Positions 38,667-54,100 are shown, counted from the whole stretch's first letter. The stretch is DNA of 63,804 nucleotides, filler included, from Octopus bimaculoides (GCF_001194135.2; 4 parts of 4 records of this genome joined end to end with filler, not necessarily neighbours in it); one strand, 5' to 3'. Numbers and translations: made by a program. Notes: a model not told the origin generated them from the letters alone.

Positions 38667-41600
38667 CATAACATCAATGTTACAAACGATATTACATACT
38701 TTATGGTTGCCCCAGCCTGGGCCTGGTTGCCGTGTTGGTTAAAATAAACAAAAAAAAAACCTCCCAGACGAATCTAAAATTCTTTAATTCCTAAACACTT
38801 GTTTATTTTTCATTTGTTTTAATCTTTCTTTTGAGTTTTCAACTTCCATGCCATATTAGTTTCTTCTATGAACAACCAATAAGAAACATTGATTTTTCAT
38901 TGATTCCAATAACGGTGACTGGACAGCTGATTGATCTGTGTGATATGGTTCCATGGTTGAATGGTTAACAAGTTTACTTCACAGTCATGTGGTCCCAAGT
39001 TCAATCTCACTGTTCTCCACCCGGAGTAATTCTCTTTTACATCAACCTGCAGATGGAAACTGTGGAAGCTTTTTCAATGGATTATCGCTGTAATTCAAAG
39101 ATTCAACCTTGTCAGACACTGTGTCACACTGACCCTTTCAGAGGATTGCGTTAAGAGTATAAATGTCTGTGGAATACTCGACTATTTACACAAAAATACA
39201 ATACGTTGGGAGCAGCTCAGTTGATCATTTGACCATACTCTCATCATCATCACAACCAAATCAACATCCTCTTCCATAGCTGCATTAATCTGTATGAGAA
39301 TGTGTGTGTGTGTGTGTGTGAGTAGTGACTTTGAAGCCTCAGCTTGCTAGCCTTCATCCAACAAAAGCTACCAGACTGAAACTTTGCAGTTACTGTCAAC
39401 CCTCCTTTTGTGAAAGTTTAGTAAACATGTATTCTACAAAAAAGTAAACAAATATCAAGTCAGTTTGATGTTAATTTGTTTTTATTGTCACTTGACATTT
39501 ATATATCTATCTATATTATATAGATATGTATATACACACACACATGCATGTACACCTGATCTCAAAGAACAACGAATGTTCTCTCTCCTTTTCTCCTTTC
39601 TCCGTGGCATAATGAATTATAAAATTATCAGAACTGCTGAAAATAAGGAAATAAATCTATATTTCAATTTATATTCCAGAGATATCCTTTGCAATATTTT
39701 CTTTTTTTTCTTTCTTTTTTTTTTTGAATATTTTCATATATAAATTTTTAATTAGAAATAAACTATCAAGTATTCAAACTGAAATGTGTTATATGTATAT
39801 ATATACATATATATGGATATATATACATATATATGTATATATATCCATATATATGGATATATACACTAATATCGAACAGTGAGAATGACCAAAATGTAGA
39901 TAAGTACCAACACTGCCATGTGGCACGCTTGAACAATTGTGAAGATCTCTTCGCATAAAACTATTGGTTGCCTTGTTAACCCACAAAGTAGACACATACA
40001 ATAGGAATACAAAATACATAATGGCTGATAGTTAGCAAGGTGGGACACACAAGAAAGAAGAAAACAAAAGACCACTGATGAGGTCACAGAAGTGTGACGA
40101 AAGAACTCTGGCCGAAATAGGATTAATGTAATGTAATGTAATATAAAGCTGAAGCAAATTAACACTAAATATACAGTGCGTGTATTTTTATTGGCTAAAC
40201 TGACAATATGACCATCCCCAAATATAACAACATCTGTTTCAACACACGATTTCACATCAAAAATCTTGCAAAACAAATNNNNNNNNNNNNNNNNNNNNNN
40301 NNNNNNNNNNNNNNNNNNNNNNNNNNNNNNNNNNNNNNNNNNNNNNNNNNNNNNNNNNNNNNNNNNNNNNNNNNNNNNNNNNNNNNNNNNNNNNNNNNNN
40401 NNNNNNNNNNNNNNNNNNNNNNNNNNNNNNNNNNNNNNNNNNNNNNNNNNNNNNNNNNNNNNNNNNNNNNNNNNNNNNNNNNNNNNNNNNNNNNNNNNNN
40501 NNNNNNNNNNNNNNNNNNNNNNNNNNNNNNNNNNNNNNNNNNNNNNNNNNNNNNNNNNNNNNNNNNNNNNNNNNNNNNNNNNNNNNNNNNNNNATATATA
40601 TATATATATATAGGCTTTTACTCAGTTAACATCTACCAAATTCCATCCTCCAAATTCTTGGTCAGTCTGAGACTATGTTAGAACACTTGTGCCTCAGGTG
40701 CTACACAATAAGATGGAATCCAGATCTATGTGGTTGAAAAGTAACTATTTTAACCACACAGCCACACTTAAACCCTTTAAAGTAACTAATTAAAAGACCA
40801 GTCCTCTTGTTCCAACCATTGTTCCATGGCCATGTTTACCAATGAATTCACTTTTCTGCAAATTGGTTTTGTTGGAGATCTTTCTCAGGCTTCTTTCCAT
40901 GGATTATTTTTAATCAATTTAATTAGTTTTATAATGGATTATAGTCAATGACAAATTGGCCTTCGGTCCTTCGATCATGATTGGGAGATGACACAGGATG
41001 CCTGTGGGGCAGTTGTGTCTTCATAATTGTTGTATAGGTGTTGGAGGGGGGAAACTTGCTTACAGGGACAAAAGTTCTCAGTAGTTTAAATGTTAGATTA
41101 TTGATCCTGTATGGTTACTTGGTTGCTAGAAATAGCAGCCAAATCTCCCTCTGTCTTCATATATAGAAAGGACACTAGTATAATCTTAGACATATTACAT
41201 CTGGATAAAAGATGGGATGGCCACAAGTGTGATGGTTGAAGTTTGACCTGGAGCTAAGCAGCAACAATAAGGATGAACACATCGGTTAATGTAGTCTGTC
41301 CTAGGGTTAAACAATAGCAACTTTCATTTATGCTGTTTGTGCAATTTTGACATTTCATGGTGTGGTTAGGTACAACTTTGACATAATTATGTGATGTAAA
41401 TTAAACAGAGTCAAAAATTCTTAATCAACTGCTGCTCATCATCATTATCATCATCATCATTTTAGCATCTGTTTTTCCAACTTGGTGACTGATGTTGTGT
41501 TGCTGAAGAGAAAGCAATGAGCTTCTAGATAATAGCTGTGGAGTCAACAGATTGATTGATTCCTCAAACTTTCAGAGAATCGGTTATGCATTGAGATGGT

Positions 41601-44600
41601 GTCAAGATATGTCTCAAAAATCTGGGAGAGAAATCAGTCCGAAAATGTGTTCTATTTTTTTTCTTTTGGTGTTCATATTGCTGCAGCTTGGCAATAATAA
41701 TAATGATAATTCTTTCTACTATAGACACAAGGCCTGAAATTTGGGGGAGGAGGGATAGTTGATGACATTGACCCCAGCACTCAACTGGTACTTATTTCAT
41801 TGACCCCAAAAGGATGAAAGGCAAAGTCGACCTCGACAGAATTTGGACTCAGGACGTGAAGACGGATGAAATGCTGCCAAGCATTTTGCTCAGAGTGCTA
41901 ACTTAATGATGATGATGATGATGATGGTGCAAACAGAGCCCAACCATTTCCTTGATACTATAAAGGTCCTGTCTAAAAGTTTTGTTTACTTTAAGGCCCT
42001 TCAATTCTGGGCTTCATTTTGTGCCGGGAAGTTCTGCTTCAGTTTTGTATTGAATCTAAAAATTATATTAAAGTGAACTATACAAATCTCATTAAAGAAT
42101 TAATGAGAAAATTATTAATGTTTGGTTTTAAGAAAAATGGAAAGATAAAAAGGTTGTTGTTGTTTTTGTTTAGACCTAGGTCATCCCTGATGAAGCAGAC
42201 CAGTGATCCAGACAGTCCAGTCTGAACCACTCTGCCTTTATACTATGTTCAGGGAATCTCAGTCTTGCATTATCCAACATGCTCTTACCTAAAACAGTGC
42301 AATGGGGATTTGGCTATTATTTCTAGCATGTCAAGTGACCCTTGAGGCTGCTTCATTAGAATAACTGTTTGTAAAGTGTGGTGATTGCAAAATAACTAGA
42401 CACACCTGAAATTCACCTGCAAAATAATTGCTCTGACATTATCAGGAGAGAAATTTTGAAAAACAGAAACTAATAACGTCTGCAATTAAAAACATTAAAG
42501 AATTCCTTGTATTTCATTAATATTTAATGTCTTTGGTAAATAATGGTTTTTCCAATATTGGAAGAGATTGGTGAGAGATACTTTGGAAGGTGATGTCTCT
42601 GATTAATCTCAGAGAATTCTTAATCATTGGACTTCTTTGATTCCAAATGTCAAAATAGACTGGGTTCATCTTTAACGACGACAACAACAATATTTGTTAA
42701 CTATTCTTGAAGAGAGAAAGTTTTGGAAAATTCAAAGATTAACAAACGAAGTTTGGGTCATTAACCCCAAAATTTGATAGCAAAAAATTGTCATCTTTTC
42801 TGAACTCCATCTTTCCCTCTCCTTTTCTCTCTTTTCTTTCTTTCTTTTTCTCTCATTATTACTAAGCCACACACACACACACACACACGCTTATATGTGC
42901 AAGATTGGTATAGATATATTTGTATATATTTATGTGTGTGTGTGTGTGTGTGTGTGAAGAAAAGAATATATCCCAAGTCAATAAGAAAGAGTTGACAGAC
43001 TGGTAGCATATCCCAGAAGATATTTGTTTCTCATCTTCTTCACAGAAAACTAGATAAAACCAGTTAAACAAGATCAGGTGCCAAACGTTAACCTAGAGAC
43101 CCATTACAAAACATAAGCAAGAGTTGTTACAATATTAACAACAGAGAAATTACTGCCATAAATATATTATGAAACTCTCCAAACATGCAAACATTTAGCT
43201 CTTGCTAATGTTGTCGGTGAGAAGTCACTAAATGGAACATTAGTATTCCATCAGAAAAGCAGATTTAATAGAGATAAATGTCACAAAATGAATAATTTAA
43301 CAAAATAACAAGACTCACATTAACTCTTTCATGCTTCCATCTCTAATGAAAGTGAAGTCTCCAAGTCTCAATTGTGAAATTAATAATTGATTGGGATTTA
43401 CTCAAGTGATAAACTTTATCGTTATTAATTTGGTCTTTATAACCTAAATTAACAAAATACTTTTATAGAAAATTATGATAACAAATTATAATTGGAGATT
43501 ATATATAACTAGGAGGAAGGGTTATAAATAGGTTGGGGGTCAAAGGGTTCATTGTATAATAGGGTGTCAATAAATCAGAATCTAAATGGACATGGAAACA
43601 TTTTAATATTTATTGATAAAAGAATGATTTGAATGCTTGATCTTTTGGTTGAGTAAATCTTCATTCCAGTAACCCTGGAATGTGAGGGACAAAGGTGAGC
43701 TTGGTAGGACTGGAACTCAGAATGTAATTAGACTGCCAACGGCATCATGTTATCTGGCAATCAATCAATTCTGACATCCACCAGATTCTTGTACAAAAAA
43801 AAATAATGTGGTTCTGGCTTGGCTGTGTGGCTCAAAAGTTTGCATTTGAACTGAAGGATTCTGAGTTCAGTTTTACTGCAGAGTACCAATCAATGCCATG
43901 TGAAGGAAACTGTTATTCAGATGATAATATGATGCATGTTCAGAAGCTTACACACACACACACACACACACAGCCCTACTCAGCCGTTTAGGGAGCTCAC
44001 TAATGCTGGTGCAATGACAAAAGTGCTGAGGACACTCTGTAAAATGGTTCACGAATAAAAAGTGAATGCGTTCAGATTGTGAGGTCCTTTAATCATTTCT
44101 TGCTGAAGACTGTCCAACTTCTTTTGTGCCGGTGTCAACCAGTCGATTGTGTAAAGTGGTTGGTATTAGGGTGGAGGGGAGATCCAACCTTAGAAGCAAA
44201 GCCAAGGCAAACATTGGAGCACATTGCAGTCTTTGGGCCTTTTGAATCCTCTCAAACTATCCTGCCTATGCCAACATGGACCACAGACATTAAATGATGA
44301 TGAGGAGGAGGAGGAGGGGGAGGGGGAGGATGTTATACTTACACACACACACATAAATAATCCACTCAATAAAGTGGTTGGTGACAGGAAAGGCATCCAA
44401 CCGCGGAAGCCAAACCAAAAGTAAAATATGCAAACAGCAGTCTCTGAAGGCAGTTGGCTGCCAATGGCAACTGACTCAGATCACAGTAGCCTGTCTAACT
44501 CCTGCCAGCAAGGAAAAGTGGATGTAAACCAATGATGATGATGATGTGTGTGTATGCATGTGTGTATGTATGTGTATATCTGTGAATTCCCAATGAATTG

Positions 44601-45538
44601 TTGTAATGAACTACAATATATCAAGTTGTTTATTCCACTATTGTGACACATAGACACACACACACACACACACACTCCCTCTCTCTCTCTCTTTCTTTTT
44701 CTCATTAGAAATATAATGAACCAGTGAGTGGTTGGTTGAAAAATCTATAACCAATCATAATATTGCTTACATAAAATAAACAAAATAAATCAATAAAAAC
44801 TACCAAAGTAAACATGAGAAGAGTCTGACAAGTTGATTTACTGTGAGTACAACAATGGTGATGTGTCTGTGTGAAGCTGTGGCCTTGTGGTGGACAGAGC
44901 CAGGTGTTATGGCCTTCAGCACACAACATTAGGTGGTGGTGGTGGCGGTGGTAGTTGCTGCTGCTGCTGCTGCCAGCTGTTGTTTAGTCCAAGGTCAGGT
45001 CTGATCCAAAGTGGACCTATAATGAAAGGTGTAGGACCTGAAACTATGCGGTTTCTTCAATCAGACACAGTGTATCTTGGACTACATTATTTAATGTCTA
45101 GTATAGTAGTTAGTATCAGAGCTTTTAGTTGTTGTTGTTGTTGATGATTAGTTCTAAGACAAACCTGACCCGGGAACCAATGATGAAATATGCCCAGCTC
45201 TGACCATTCCACATTATTGGAAACCATGCCAAAGCAGAGAGTAGAGCTTGGTGCAGTCTTCTGCCAGGCCAGCCTCCTGCCATTCCAGCCGACCCATGCC
45301 AGCATGGGAGGCAGACCTTAAAATGATGAGGATGATGATGATGACAATGATGATATATATCTGTAAGAATGGTTGGTACAAGCATAGCTGTGTGGTTAAG
45401 AAGTTTGTTTCCCAACCATCTTGTTTCAAGTTCAGTCCCACTTCATGGCACCTGGAGCAGATTTCTTTCTACTATAGTCTTGTGGATGGATTTGGTTGAT
45501 GGAAAGCTGAAAGAAGCACTTAGTATATATATGTATGT

Positions 45539-45587
<49 letters not shown>

Positions 45588-45625
45588 CGCATATGTGTAT
45601 ACACACACACACACATGTATGTATG

Positions 45626-45677
<52 letters not shown>

Positions 45678-48600
45678 TGTGTGTGTGTTTGTGTGTGTAT
45701 GACAGGGATATCTTCTTAATCAGGAAAGCTGAAAAATTGATTGGCCTTGACCTACCAGTTTTCAAAGCATTGTGGTATTGTCAAACGCTCTATATTTAAA
45801 TGTATTTATGTTTGTGTTTAAATGTATTTGTGTTTGTGTGTTATTGGGCTTACATGTTTACCTTAGAGTGCAAGCACATAGATACATACAAATGCACATA
45901 AGTGTGTGTGTGTGTGTGTGTGTAGAAATATCAGGGTGTAGGCATGTGTGTGGGAAAATATTTCTAAGTCCAGTCTCTTGGACAAGTGTCTCTACTATAG
46001 TCTCAGGCCAACCATAGCTTTCAAAGTGGATTTAGTTGATAGAAACTGAAAGAAGCCTATACCCATGTGTGTGTGTAAAGTAAGGTCCCTGTGTAACCAA
46101 ACTATTCTTTGGTCCCAAATTGATAGATGTAGGAATCTAAGCGTACCTGAGTGAGACCAGCTCTGAAAACTTGATGAATTTCATCTCATTTAGTTGCAGA
46201 AGGATTAATGTGATTAAGACTTGCTTCTGTTCAGAAGATGAGAGATATTCATTCATATTACAACATAAGCAAGGTAGTTTATCAAGATAAAGCTAAAAAG
46301 TCATTTTTAGAAATCTAAAAAAAAAAACCCCCAAAACTTTTTGATATTGACAAAGTGAATAAAAGTGACAACAGAGAAGTGTATAAGCTGGACCTGAAGA
46401 ATCAATATGCCGCATTAAATGCAGAAACAGATCAATACTGGAGTGAAAGACATTACAATTGAGACAGCTGAAAAAAAAAATGGAAGAAAAAAGAAGAAAA
46501 TGGAGACCGGCAGAGAAATGGGCTGTCATTTAGGTAAGAAATGGGAACAGAAAGTTAACAGAGATATCTGACATGATGCTAGAGGGGAAACAAAAAGGGA
46601 TGGGACAGAGAAGTAAGGAGAGGTGGATGTGAGGATAAAGGAAAATGGGTTGAAGGTTAAGAAAAAGGAAAAAAACACCTCAAGAAGTGATTGAGGAACT
46701 TTATATTGAAAGAGTATTGTAACAACTGGCAGAATATGGAAATAACAATGGAAAGGTGTGAGTGAATGTTAAGAATGGTGAGAGTCTGAAGACAGGACAC
46801 AAACGAAAAATGGGACATTTTAAAGAAGTGTAAAAAAGAAAAAGTGGACCTGATGAATTTTTGATGGGTTATTTAAGGGGTCTTGGATTTTAATGAAGTC
46901 CCTTTGGAGGAAGACAAGTAATTTTTGAAAAATTAGAAAGCAACAAACTATTGATGGAATTTGAGGAGAATTTGTTAAACAGGGAGGAGAATTCATCCAC
47001 AGGAACCACTTTGAACAAACCAGTAAGATGTTTGTGGATATTATCATCATCATCATTATCATGATAATCATCACCGTAGTTGTCAATCATTTTATGGATG
47101 CTTCCTACACCATCATGAGTTGGATGGATGGCCATAGTTGGACTCAGCACATATTTTGAGATTTGACTCACCTTGACAGGTCAGAGGAGCACATCTCATT
47201 CAAGATTCCTTTTTGTCTTCGTTTCTATGGCTGAATATACATTCAAAATGCTTCCAATATACTACCTGGATTTACCTGGAATTATACTTAAGGACCTACA
47301 CCTTCACAAAAATATGGACCAACCTTCATACCCCCTGGAAAAGGATGAGCTGCGAACTTTATTCTCCTATCTATCTATCTGTCTGTCTGTCTGTTGTTTT
47401 ACTCTTTGTTCTTCTCTCTACTATTTCATTCCTTTATAAACTGTGAATTCAATATATGAAATTCCACTCACTGGATAGATATAGCAGAAAACACTTGCTG
47501 AAGGAGTTACACAGAGGGATTGAACCTGGAACCATGTAGTTTGAAAACAAACTCCTTAAAATTCCATAACCACATCTCCATGCATGCACTTATAACATAG
47601 AAACAACAATTCAAAAATAACAGTGGAAATGTGATTGTGTGATGTTCATCCTTTCCTTATAAGCAGAGTTATAATGAACATGGTTTCAGTAAGGAATTGA
47701 ATCTGGGCACCGGATTCCACTTCAGCTCTTAAATCATCTCAACTTTCAGGTTCCAAGTATAGCTTTGTGATTAACGATTTCACTTCTGACAACTACATGA
47801 CTTCAGGTTCAATCCTTGTGTGTGGCACCTTGGGAAAGGGTGTTATATGTAGCTTCATGTCAACACAAACCTTGTGCAAGAAATTTGGTAGATGGAAGCT
47901 GTTTGGAAGACCTAATTCTTCACCAAATCTACCCCCCCCCCCATCCTGCCAGCCCTTACCTACCTTAGTGGCAAAGTCAATGATAAATTCAGAGATGCTG
48001 AAATAAGGCCATAAGAGCTGTTGTTTCTTCTCTAAATAAACCATGAAAATATTTTAGAATTTTTTTTTTAATGGAATTCACAAATAAACCACTTCATTAA
48101 AAGACTATGTTAAAAATGCTGGAATCAATACATTAGCCCAATTCTACTCTGATTGATTTACCATGTTGGGAAATCTAATCTGTTGAACTTTCAATCAGTG
48201 ACATCGAGCTCTGCCATGAAGTTGCTGGAGACATTTTTAAAAGAGCTGAAGTCAAACCAACAACAACAGCAACAAACACTTCAATTTTTGATTGATAGCA
48301 TGTTGTATACAAAATTAGCTCATTACTAATCCTCTCACTTCTATAACGAGCCTAGCCATGTTATTGATCAGTTTTGATATTTAGATAATTTATTACATCC
48401 ATTACTTCATTGTTTTTAAGTTGTTTTAATTAGAACGCTAATTTTACAGCCACTTATTGGGTACACATCACAAACACGAACCGAATTGTGGAGACTTTAT
48501 GTAGTAACACAACACACTAGAAATAGCAGCCAAATCTCCCTTCGTATTGTCTTCAAAAGGGATGTGCTTGACAATGTAGTCCCAAGTGCCTTGCTCATAG

Positions 48601-49988
48601 TGCCTTGGTCATGACTGGATTGTCTGTGCATTCACGACTGATCTAGTTCAAAACAACAATTGCAACCTTTTCCTTTAGAAAGAAATGTCATCATTTCCCT
48701 AAAAAAACAAAACAATAAAAGAAAACAAATTAAAATTTATGCAAATTGTGCTTTGTTTAATAGTGTTAAAGGAAAGAAGTGGGGGTGGGGGTGCTAATCA
48801 CTTCATATGTAAAGGAATTAGCATCTTTATATATATGTATATATATACATACACCATACAGTTTCTGTTTATCTAAAGTTCTTTTGCATGACTCTTGATT
48901 AGTATGCTAGGCACTGGGATGGAAGGAGTCTGGAACCACAGTGACAGGTTGCAGAACTTGACCTGTGAATGTAGAGAGCCAGGAGAAATATCACAAAGCA
49001 TCCTTGTTTGGTACCCTTCTTGAAGGTGTTGGTTTGCAAAGATTCAAGAGAAACCTTAAATGCATCAGCTGCATGAATCTAGAAGAGTCTGTGAAGGCTA
49101 TGGGCACTGGCTCTGTCTCCAGACCCACCAACTAGGGGAAACCAAAATCACAGGAGCATTAAAAATGAGGCTGGTAATGAAGAAAATGCAACTATTCAAT
49201 GAACATTCCCCATGAACATAAAACCATTTCATTTTCACTGCAAGTCTTTGGTAGAATGTTAAAATGTAACGACCAAACACAACAATTCTCATGCAAATAA
49301 TTATCATTATCATTTGACCCCAAAATATTTGTTAATTTCTGCAATGAAAGCAACCTTAATATTCCAAAATTACTACAATTATATTCTAGAACCACTCCCA
49401 GCAACAGAAGTTTTAATGTACTTTGGTAGTTGTTATCTTACAACTTACAGAATACCAAGAATTTCTGCCAATATTTGGAAGCTTCTACTTCAATGATTCT
49501 TGTTTTGTAATAATGTTAGTTCTTGTTTATGTCAGGGAAACACTAATGAGCAGAAATAGGGAACTATTTGCAAAATAGATAATCCTTTCTACTGAAGGCA
49601 GAAGGCTTGAAATTTGTGGGGAGGGGACAAGTTGATTACATTCTCGAGGTGGTTATTAAGCTCTGCAGTAATTCTAGGAGCTGTACTTTTGCGAGCCTTT
49701 CTAACAATTCACATAAGAGTCCATATCTGAAAGTTTTGGTTTGCTTCCAGAGTTTTGTTTCAACGAGGTTTTTCCCTCTTTTTCAAAGGCTATCATTCTT
49801 TCGAGACAGTACTTCTTGATACACCAAACATTTTGGCTGTTTTCATTACGCTAGCACCTGCCATACGAGCACCAACAATTTGACCTCTTTGAAAGTCTGA
49901 CAGACCTGTCATTTTGATTAATTAATTAATTAGCAATGCAAGATGTACCCGGTGCAAGCTATGGACACATAAGAGGTGCAGCAACATC

Positions 49989-50088
49989 NNNNNNNNNNNN
50001 NNNNNNNNNNNNNNNNNNNNNNNNNNNNNNNNTTAATTAATTAANNNNNNNNNNNNNNNNNNNNNNNNNNNNNNNNNNNNNNNNNNNN
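49989..50088. other. Artificial scaffold spacer N44-TTAATTAATTAA-N44
   Basis: Same structure as 20098-20197. Confidence 0.95.
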
Positions 50089-50255
50089 TGAGTGGTTGGC
50101 GTTAGGAAGGGCATCCAGCTGTAGAAACTCTGCCAAATTAGATTGGAGCCTGGTGTTGCCATCCGGTTTCACCAGTCCTCAGTCAAATCGTCTAACCAAT
50201 GCTAGAATGGAAAGCGGACGTTAAACGATGATGATGATGATGATGATGATGATGA
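50089..50255 (+). mobile_element. RTE-type 3' tail with (GAT)n end
   Basis: Same family as 54830-55172. Confidence 0.8.
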
Positions 50256-51057
50256 ATCTTGCGTCAGAACTTTTCCCACGGTGGAACAATGGTTGTGATC
50301 TGACAGCAGTTTAATATATTCCAGATGCCTTTGGCTAGGCCGTAACAATGTCTCCACCACTTGACCCTTTCTAACCTCTTCTACTCCATCAAAATCTAGA
50401 ATAGAGATAACAAGACCACCAGCTAAATCCATTGTTCTCAGTAATATATCTATCCTTCTAGATAGCTATAAAAACAGGAGACCCCAAGCCAAATAGTTAG
50501 TAGTCACTTGGGGACACAGAGCGAAGTAACTAGTGACAACTCAATTAGTTAGGGAATGAACATCTACAGATATAGTCACAAGCAGTCAGCCACTAAAAGA
50601 CAAACGACCAGAGGGAAAAAGAAGTTTACAACCAGCCAAATATGAGACACAACTTCCCTTGACTCTATAACTATCACTAGCTCATCTCCTTTCTCGGTAG
50701 CATTACCCTATCTTTTTATCTGTTTACTACTACAAGAATGTGTACACACCTATACAGGCCGAAATTAACTTTCTTTACCTTGCATGCTTTACATACAAAC
50801 TGTTATACTATTACACTAACCTACCCGTCGTGGTATAGTGTTTATTAAAGTAACGGTAAATAAATATTTCTATAAAAATTTCGACCACTCTTCATCGTTC
50901 ATCTTATAACCTGTTACAATTGGTAAATAATACTTATCGTTACAATTGGTGACACATCGACTACACAACACAAAAACATTAATCGTTACAATTGGTACCC
51001 TCTGACACTAACACTATATCGTTATAATTGGTGACCCTCCGACTTCATCTTAAAACC

Positions 51058-51092
<35 letters not shown>

Positions 51093-51125
51093 AGACAGAC
51101 AGATGGATGGACCATATGTACTTAC

Positions 51126-51177
51126 CAGCCAATTGGACACCAATATTTAATCGCTTGTTAATATTAGAAATTTCTTC
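51126..51177 (-). CDS. TRAF7: TRAF7 exon (52 nt) EEISNINKRLNIGVQLA
   Basis: Minus strand tattctag|GAA ... GCT G|gtaagt; aligns with DELSHINARLNMG. Confidence 0.87.
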
Positions 51178-54100
51178 CTAGAATAAATGGAAAAAAATAA
51201 CATTAAGTGAAACTAAAATATCAATTACAATGAAAGTAAAATTTTTAATCAGAATATAATTTCAAACCGTAATTAGTACTTTGTTCTTAATTGAAATTAC
51301 AGTTATCTCCCCTGCTGCATCAGTTCTGCTCTAAGGATACTATAATGAAATTAATGCAGGATAACCAACAGCTTAACCACTCTACATTTTGTGTATTCAG
51401 TGTCTATATTTCATTATCAGGTTGTAGTTCTTAATCATGAATCAATCAAGGCGCCACTATATTGCTATTTTTCTGATTAGAAATGAAAGTCAAACTTCAC
51501 TTAAATCACAATATGTTTTCTTAAAGAAGTTACTCATTTGATAATGCAGTTCTATACAAACTATGTCTAAAAAAATGACTGGATAATCATAGCTGGAACT
51601 CCTTTGATAAGAGGTCTGGTCAATCAATATTGGCCTGTGATTAAGCAACATTTCTAGAGAGAAAAACACTTTGTTACAGTCAAGTTAACACAATGGCCAC
51701 AGTTTATTTTTTAAATATATTTTATGCCACATCCTATGAACCACAACTGATTGGTTATAAAATTCTGATAGATACCCAGGTACTGGTCCACTGGACTTCT
51801 GATGTTGAGAGTGACAAGGGAGTACCAGTAACTTGTTGCAGAAGAGATATATCACAAGACTGTTTGAAAAGCACTATTTTTTTCTTTCTTCTTGAGGAAG
51901 AAAAGTCTCACTGATGTTTACATCCATTGTCTAAATACATAGGTGAAATACACACATAAACATATATACATACACCAATATACATATACACACATCCATA
52001 TATCTCACAATGGCTGCATGTAAAAAAATAGAATTTTAAAAATCCTTTTACCAACAAGTGCAAGATAAGATATTTTCCAACAGAATAAAAAGTAGGAACA
52101 TGAAAGACTCACTGCTACCAGGGCATTTTCTCTTCGATTATCAATTACTTCAGTCATAATACAGTTCTGTTTGTGTTCCAAGAGATCTACAATGTTAGCA
52201 AAGATTACATTTTAACATATTCATGAACCTGGAAGTGATTGGACATACTGTATTTTATCATTTCAAGGAAGATTAATCATTTCTATAAGATTAGATCCCA
52301 CACCCATAGCCAACAAAGGTTATGGGTTTCAAATATTTCAAAACAGGCATGAAGAAATTCTTGTAGTAAAACAAATCTCATTGACAGTAAACTTTTACTG
52401 AATATCTTTCAAAAAACACTTTGATAAAAATCATGTTAGAAAACTATATCAAATTCTATGTGGTAAATTGTGATGTGCATGGTGCACAGAGAAAGTTGAA
52501 GCAATGACATGCATGTTTATTTTTAATACTCTCTGGCAAATTCAAGCAAATACACTAATTGCTGTTGTGTACATCACAAGAGAACAGCTTCATCTTTATG
52601 ATGACTATGTTCACAACATACTTGATTCAGTAGTACAAGGGATTTTGGGACACTGATGTTTTGATAAGTTATGTCAGCCAGAAGTACTTAGATAAGTGGA
52701 TCTAAACCAGAGTCAACACTCTTTATAATTTCAGTGAACAAACTATTTGCTGATATCTGTTAACTAATAATGAATCATTAAATGCGTGGTGAAAAGCGGG
52801 TTTGAAAATAATGACTTGCACATTTACTCTTAATAAGTTACTCTTAATAAGTTCTGCTTGTTGAGCTGTCTGTGATGCTCTGATGACTGCAGTAGAAGCA
52901 GAATTCCAAGCATGCTGGAGTTCTGCTTGTTGAGCAGTCTGTGATGCTCTGGTGACTGCAGTAGAAGCAGCATTGTGTGCACGCTGAAGCACATGTTATT
53001 CTTCTGTTTCGCTTGCCTGCAAGGAATGCAAAACAAGCATTTTTTGTTTTTCTGGATGCTTTTTCAAGGCATCCTATTGAAAATCTGTAACTGAATGCAA
53101 ACCAGAAAACTTCAAATGGGATATAGGGTTTGGCAATATGCGATGTTGACCAATAAAGAAGCAAAACTTGTGGATGAATAAGCTACCAGAACCGACCAAA
53201 TATTGCTTTTTTTAGAATGTAACTGATGAATTTAATCTGTAAAATTTGTAAAAACGATAGAAGAATTTGCCAAAATAGAATTCAATTATGCTTACTGATA
53301 AAAAAGTAACTCATAATTTGAAATGTTGATACTAATATTTCTTCTTCATGAAATACAATTAAAGATTAAATAATGGGCATGTACATGTCAAATCAAGTGA
53401 GTCACGCAAAAGTCAAAAAAATACTGCTAATTTTTTGTCTTATATAAGAAACTGTTAGGTAAAGTTTTAGATATTTGTTACCCAAATTTCCATGTTCAAT
53501 TACCAATCAATTTGTCGTTTTCTACAGTCAATTGAATTTTGATGTGAGAAAATATTCACAGAGTTGATTGATCCCCAAAAGTGCCATTTATTCGTTAAAG
53601 TTAATATTTTATTTCATTTTTACTTATTCAAAACAATTGCCTTGTCTTCTTACTCTTTTGTGTCAGCTTATTTATTAAACACAGAATGAAATGCCTGGAT
53701 GCACATGTTCGATTACCATTGATTCTAGAAAGATATCGATTTTTACTGCAATCACATATGTTCTTTCATGAAATTTAACTGGTGCACCCACTATATCTTT
53801 TACCTATGTGTAAAATTTCAGCACAATCAGTTGAAAAATACAGCTGTTATAGCCTTTTATACACACACACAAACAGAATGAGATTTATATATATATATAG
53901 ATAGAAAGATAGCTAGAGAAAGAGATAGCAAAGAAAAGCTTAGGTAGTCTGGTCTAAATATTAAGAGTGGGGGGGTGAAACCAGATAATGTTGCATGACC
54001 TAGTCTGTTTATTCCATGGCTTGGGGTAGGGAGGTGTGCACTAGTGTAGTACTTCCCTATATGGAGTGATCCTTCCCCACTGAACCTGGTTGGTACCACA

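Noticed and set aside
39866-40276. 136-aa minus-strand ORF as a TRAF7 continuation
   Set aside because: No WD40 (GH/WD) pattern, and it starts next to a gap.
46080-49080. Short protein-like stretches near 46100-46520 and 48930-49080
   Set aside because: They look like heavily decayed LINE endonuclease/RT remnants (e.g. GTKQGC) and are too degraded to delimit.
50913-51032. CRISPR-like repeat-spacer appearance of ATCGTTACAATTGGT x4
   Set aside because: The repeat is only 12-15 nt, spacers are unequal, there are no cas genes, and the context is a eukaryotic intron.
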